A DNA stretch of 50,277 bases from a virus. Below the pieces are notes generated by a model that was not told where the DNA came from, did no database searches, and was given only the letters and a program-made list of their open reading frames with translations. Numbering within the stretch: position 1 is the stretch's first letter; the number at the start of each line of letters is the position of its first letter. The stretch covers positions 1 to 50,277 of IMG/VR virus record IMGVR_UViG_3300037478_000184; one strand, written 5' to 3'. A program made the translations under genes and the position numbers. Below, piece after piece: positions 46,600 through 50,277 of this stretch.

Positions 46600-47708
46600 G
46601 CGTCCCCCTCGGCCAGTGCGGCCTGCTTCTTCGCGGTCTGAGTCTCGAGCCAGTCGATGCCGGTCCGCAGGTGCCCGATTTCGCCGGACTCCATGGCCGC
46701 ATCGAGGCTCGCCATGTGTGTATCGTTGAGCGCGAGGCCAGCGCGGGGCGCCTGTTCAATCAGCGCCCGCATGCGAGCCACGAGGTCGGCGGCGTCCGGC
46801 TGTCCCTCGTCTTCCTCCGTGCCCGGCCCGCCCACGATGGCCTCGTTGATCTGCGCGAGCTTGTTGGGCGCCGGCTCCGGTTCGCCCGCGCTGAGTCGTG
46901 GCGGAAAGAATTCGTCGCCGATGTCCGGCTCTTCTTCGGCGTCGAGCTCATCCAGGTCGGCGACCGTGCCCGACGCGAGCGCCAGCACTTCGCGGCGCGC
47001 GATGCGGTTGCTGCGATGGAATTCCAGCATCGCCTCGCGGGCTTCCTCGTACGACGCCCGGAGCACGAGCGCCACGCGGTACGCGGTGCCCGTCTTCTCC
47101 TTGCCATTATCCACCCAGCGCACCTCGCCGGGGTGGAGCTGCATCTGCATGGGCAAGCCACGTAGCGAGCCTAGCTCCTGTTCGAGCATCCGGAGCGTGC
47201 CCAGCATCCCGGCGGTCGCGACCCAACTCGTGGTCCGGTAGACATGCACGCCCCCGAAGGTGGTCCCGGCCTCCAGGATGACCGCGAGCCGCGCGTACGG
47301 CTTGCAGTCGCAGGGCTTCCCCTGGGCCAGGTCGCAGACGCCGCCGACCTGCGTGCGGGGATCGACGAACCGGTCGCCGTCGCACTCGCGGGCCCGCGTA
47401 CGGCCGGCGTAGTGCAGCATCCGCGTGTACAGGTTCTCGCCGCGCGTGTCGAACGGCAGGCGGATGTCGAGTGCGACAGGCTTCACGCCCAGCTTCGCGT
47501 GGATTGCCTCGTCGGTCTCGAAGTTGCCGTCATTGCCGCGCGTCAGCTTGGCGATGCGGAAGTAATCCAGTTTCGTCGGCGGCTGGAACGTGTTGCCCGA
47601 TTTGCTCTTGATCGCCGGCCCCTTCTCGCCTATCTGGATGCGACCGACGACGGGCAGGCGCGGCGCGAGGACTCCGGGCGCGATGGCGCGGCTCGCGGGG
47701 GCGCTCAT
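46596..47708 (-). CDS. Conserved-looking recombination-module protein with Cys cluster (370 aa); function unknown
   Basis: ORF 46596..47819 trimmed to ATG 47708: MSAPASRAIAPGVLAPRLPVVGRIQIGEKGP...KLDYFRI...ECDGD...CDLAQGKPCDCKP. Confidence 0.8.
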   Translation of the reverse strand: MSAPASRAIAPGVLAPRLPVVGRIQIGEKGPAIKSKSGNTFQPPTKLDYFRIAKLTRGNDGNFETDEAIHAKLGVKPVALDIRLPFDTRGENLYTRMLHYAGRTRARECDGDRFVDPRTQVGGVCDLAQGKPCDCKPYARLAVILEAGTTFGGVHVYRTTSWVATAGMLGTLRMLEQELGSLRGLPMQMQLHPGEVRWVDNGKEKTGTAYRVALVLRASYEEAREAMLEFHRSNRIARREVLALASGTVADLDELDAEEEPDIGDEFFPPRLSAGEPEPAPNKLAQINEAIVGGPGTEEDEGQPDAADLVARMRALIEQAPRAGLALNDTHMASLDAAMESGEIGHLRTGIDWLETQTAKKQAALAEGDA

Positions 47709-48670
47709 GACGCCGCCTCGACGAAGTCCAGCCGGTCGATGTGCCGGAGCCGCCAGTGAGGCAGGGTCAGGTGGCGGACCTCGGGTCCGTAGCCCGGCCA
47801 CACGCCCGTGCGCTTGCACTGCGCGAGCGTGAGCAGCGCCTGACGCACCTCGGCCTCGCCGATCGCCAGCGCTTCTTCGTCCATCCGGTACACGATGACC
47901 TCGTGCGGTGGCGTGGACTCCACGACCGGATAGAGCTGGTTCTGCGGCCAGAAGCCGGTCGCATCGAGCCCCATCCGGTAGAACGCGGCCCGGAAGTAGT
48001 AGCCGAGGTCATGCGCGTGCCGCGTGAACGACTCGTGTGACGCCGACCGCCCCGTGGACTTCAGGTTGACCTCGGATTCGTGGAACGGCGCGGGCAGCGT
48101 CGGCGGATCACGCACCACCTGGTCAGGCCGGATGCGGCACCACAGCCCGGTTTCTTCGTCCTGCCAGACCACCGTTATCTCGCGCGGGCCGGGCGCTCGG
48201 AGTAGCGGGCCGGCGGTCGGGTGGGCGAAGAGCGCTTCCTTCATGGCGAGCGCCTGCTTCTTCATCCCCCCGGCGACCGTGTGGATTCCAGGCTGCTCAG
48301 GCTCGCCCTTCGCCGGGTCGTGCGTCCCACAGAAGCTCTGCCCGTCGCGGTAGACCTTGCCCTGGTAGCTGCACCGCTCACCGTCGTTCTTCTTGCCCCC
48401 GCACGTGCCGAGCACGACATAGCGCGCGTCGAGTTCGTCCGGTTCGTTGACCGCCGTGTGGAGCACGTTGCCGAGCGCCTTCGGGTCGGTCGTGTCGTCG
48501 ACGGGGTTCGTGAGTTCGTGGCGCAGGTGCGCGGGCGTCGTGCTGTGCAGCTTCCACAGCTTCGACGCGCTCACGGCCGGGTCAGCCAGGTAGGTGCCCA
48601 TCGCGATGCCCTCGTGCCATCCGGGCCCGAGGCGCGTCGTGCCGATGGGGATAATGCTTGCGTTTGCCAT
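47705..48670 (-). CDS. PD-(D/E)XK exonuclease (RecE/exonuclease VIII-like, 321 aa)
   Basis: ATG 48670 with AAGGA SD. GNVLHTAVNEPDEL...RIRPDQVV...SEVNLKSTG...; the family assignment is from memory. Confidence 0.75.
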   Translation of the reverse strand: MANASIIPIGTTRLGPGWHEGIAMGTYLADPAVSASKLWKLHSTTPAHLRHELTNPVDDTTDPKALGNVLHTAVNEPDELDARYVVLGTCGGKKNDGERCSYQGKVYRDGQSFCGTHDPAKGEPEQPGIHTVAGGMKKQALAMKEALFAHPTAGPLLRAPGPREITVVWQDEETGLWCRIRPDQVVRDPPTLPAPFHESEVNLKSTGRSASHESFTRHAHDLGYYFRAAFYRMGLDATGFWPQNQLYPVVESTPPHEVIVYRMDEEALAIGEAEVRQALLTLAQCKRTGVWPGYGPEVRHLTLPHWRLRHIDRLDFVEAAS

Positions 48671-48796
48671 GGCGGTATCCTTATTGTTGAGGTTCATGTC
48701 GTACCTCGCTCGCGGCGTCTCCGCGGGCACTCGGCCGTCTCGCGGATTCCCAGGGGACCCGAACTCCCCCCCGCGAGGCGGTCTTTCGTTGCGCGC

Positions 48797-48991
48797 TCAC
48801 GCTGCCGGCGCCCCATCGACCGCACGGATGCACCACTCGCACGTCGCGTCCTCATCCGTGGCGCGCGCCGGTCGGTAGAGCCCGCCCACGCCGCATTCGG
48901 TCTCGTTGGGATACCGGAGGCTGCGGTAGTGGACGTCTCTGCCGTCGATCCGGCAGCGCGGTGGGAGCGGGTCGTGGGGGCGCTCAGGCAT
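48797..48991 (-). CDS. Hypothetical Cys-containing protein (64 aa)
   Basis: ORF 48797..49036 trimmed to ATG 48991: MPERPHDPLPPRCRIDGRDVHYRSLRYPNETECG...CEWC. Confidence 0.65.
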   Translation of the reverse strand: MPERPHDPLPPRCRIDGRDVHYRSLRYPNETECGVGGLYRPARATDEDATCEWCIRAVDGAPAA

Positions 48992-49256
48992 CGGGATGCT
49001 CCGGGGGTGCGAGAAGCATGGTCGCCAGTTCCTCACCGAACTCCGCTCGTACCGAGTCGAACGTTGCGTCCTTGATCGCCTTGAGCGCGGCCCGCGTGAT
49101 CACATCGATCTGGGCGAGCGGAACGACCTCGCACGGCGCTACGTGAGACGGATCGTCCGCGACCACGACCACGTATCCGGCCCGGCGGAGCATTTCATTC
49201 GTCCGCTTGGACGCGACGGCGGGATGCACCACGACGATGGGCTTCGCGTCAGACAT
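48984..49256 (-). CDS. Hypothetical protein (90 aa)
   Basis: MSDAKPIVVVHPAVASKRTNEMLRRAGYVVVVADDPSHV... Confidence 0.75.
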   Translation of the reverse strand: MSDAKPIVVVHPAVASKRTNEMLRRAGYVVVVADDPSHVAPCEVVPLAQIDVITRAALKAIKDATFDSVRAEFGEELATMLLAPPEHPDA

Positions 49257-49401
49257 CGCCGCTCGCCTCCAGCCGCGCCTCGCAGTCAGCGCAAATCGTG
49301 TCCGTGACCGGCCGCCGCAGCAGCGCGCGTAGGGCGTCGAGCCAGGTCAGCCAGGCGCCGTTTCCTGCGTCGTGCCAGGCGCAGCGGCGGGCGAGTTTCA
49401 T
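49249..49401 (-). CDS. Hypothetical protein (50 aa)
   Basis: ATG 49401 with GGGAGG SD: MKLARRCAWHDAGNGAWLTWLDALRALLRRPVTDTICADCEARLEASGDV. Confidence 0.6.
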   Translation of the reverse strand: MKLARRCAWHDAGNGAWLTWLDALRALLRRPVTDTICADCEARLEASGDV

Positions 49402-49637
49402 CCGTGCCTCCCGAGGGCGCAGGCGGCCTCGAACTGGAGGCCGGACCCCGAAGCAACTCCCGAGCGTGCGGGGTGCCCGTAGAAGTCCACATACAAGCGC
49501 CCGCCCGGCCAGGCACACGGATGCACCGCGCCATGGATGCGGGCTTGATTCACGTTGCCCTCCGGTTCGTCCCTCGGCTCGCACCGGGCCAGCGCCTGCG
49601 GGAGCGAGGGGACGCGGATGTATACGCGGGTGCTCAT
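49398..49637 (-). CDS. Hypothetical protein (79 aa)
   Basis: ORF 49398..49802 trimmed to ATG 49637 (ATGA overlap): MSTRVYIRVPSLPQALARCEPRDEPEGN... Confidence 0.65.
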   Translation of the reverse strand: MSTRVYIRVPSLPQALARCEPRDEPEGNVNQARIHGAVHPCAWPGGRLYVDFYGHPARSGVASGSGLQFEAACALGRHG

Positions 49638-50077
49638 CGGTCGGCCCCGGCGGCCTGTGCCTGGTGCTCGCGCGCGTCGGCTCGCAATGCCCTCAGGACA
49701 GCCGCGAGGAGCATCTGTACGAGCCAAGCGAAGGCCGTGATCGTCCATCCTGCCGCCGCCATGCCCACGACCAGCGCGGCGTCGACGGAAAGCTCGGCCC
49801 ACCCCGGCACGCTGCTGGTACTAGCCAGCACGGCGAGGTGCTTGGCATCTAACTCGGACGCACGATCGGACTTAGCTATCGCCACGACGACCGCAGACAC
49901 GGCCACGGTCACCACGGCAAGCAGAACGATCACCCACGCGGCGAACCGCGCCAGATTGCCGGCCCATTCGACGCCGCCGAATCCGCCGTACCAGACACCG
50001 GCCGCGATGCCGGCGTGGCTGAGGACGTAGAGGGCGATCGACTTTAGATAACGCGGATCTATCGTGCGGGTGCTCAT
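49634..50077 (-). CDS. Membrane protein (147 aa, about 4 TM)
   Basis: ORF 49634..50275 trimmed to ATG 50077: MSTRTIDPRYLKSIALYVLSHAGIAAGVWYGGFGG...; ATGA overlap with the junction-spanning gene. Confidence 0.75.
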   Translation of the reverse strand: MSTRTIDPRYLKSIALYVLSHAGIAAGVWYGGFGGVEWAGNLARFAAWVIVLLAVVTVAVSAVVVAIAKSDRASELDAKHLAVLASTSSVPGWAELSVDAALVVGMAAAGWTITAFAWLVQMLLAAVLRALRADAREHQAQAAGADR

Positions 50078-50277
50078 TCGTCCCACCCCATCTCTCTCAG
50101 CGTCCGCCGCGCAACCTCCGGGTCGCCCGACTCGATGGCCTCGCGCTCCTCGGATTCCAGGCCGTCGGTCGAGTAGTCGTAGCCGTCTCCGTAGACGAGG
50201 ATTCGCATGTACCAGCGGTCCCATAATGCGCTCAGGCCGCCGTACGCTTTCGCGGCGCTCGGTAGGTCCGGGCACTC
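50074..50277 (-). CDS. C-terminal part of the junction-spanning 91-aa ORF (see 1..199)
   Basis: Own translation ...MRILVYGDGYDYSTDGLESEEREAIESGDPEVARRTLREMGWDE*; the TGA overlaps ATG 50077. Confidence 0.55.
   Translation of the reverse strand, partial: ECPDLPSAAKAYGGLSALWDRWYMRILVYGDGYDYSTDGLESEEREAIESGDPEVARRTLREMGWDE
50151..50277. repeat. Terminal overlap copy 2 (identical to 1-127)
   Basis: Same 127-mer as the window start. Confidence 0.95.

Noticed and set aside
1-50277. Search for a diversity-generating retroelement, retron, toxin-antitoxin pair, CRISPR-Cas or anti-CRISPR/aca locus
   Set aside because: No reverse-transcriptase motif (YxDD) appears in any translation. The fibre repeats have no template-repeat copy elsewhere that I could see. 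There are no cas-like genes. The two HTH genes are not preceded by the short same-strand gene clusters typical of acr-aca operons.

Overview
This 50,277-nt window is a complete, circularly closed genome of a high-GC tailed dsDNA phage (about two-thirds G+C by eye, not computed) with siphovirus-type tail genes. Nt 1-127 are repeated exactly at 50151-50277, so the unique length is 50,150 bp. I call about 85 protein genes. All but 3-4 are on the minus strand, and more than 25 gene junctions are 4-nt ATGA/GTGA start-stop overlaps.

In transcription direction (descending coordinates, wrapping through the junction) the layout is:
- an XRE-type switch region (about 957-1330) and early genes (922->196, then 199->1 continuing at 50150)
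- a recombination/replication-accessory module (PD-(D/E)XK exonuclease, SMC/Rad50-like ATPase, two beta-clamp-like proteins, VRR-NUC)
- a 469-bp structured non-coding gap (42944-43412)
- about 20 small genes, including MazG-like and DUF551-like ones
- a DNA-modification block (C5-methyltransferase, an opposite-strand HTH regulator with a near-consensus promoter, and an SNF2-helicase::N6/N4-methyltransferase fusion)
- an O-like initiator with an iteron plus AT-rich origin embedded in it
- packaging and head genes (TerS, TerL, portal, MuF, scaffold, free-standing HNH, major capsid)
- neck and tail genes (tube, G/GT chaperone with a GGGTTTT -1 slip site, 1151-aa tape measure)
- tail tip and fibre genes carrying tandem repeats
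- a membrane-protein cluster and a lysis cassette (holin candidates, amidase, Rz-like protein)

I found no integrase, partition genes, DNA polymerase, primase, reverse transcriptase, rRNA, CRISPR array or canonical tRNA.

The most notable unexplained signals are:
- the helicase-methyltransferase block and its regulator
- a tRNA-like element inside the lysis cassette
- an in-frame TGA splitting one coding region
- an internally frame-shifted small gene
- the XRE switch with overlapping divergent -10 boxes
- the beta-clamp-like pair with no polymerase

All functional calls come from reading motifs in the supplied translations and from memory of protein families. No database search was run.
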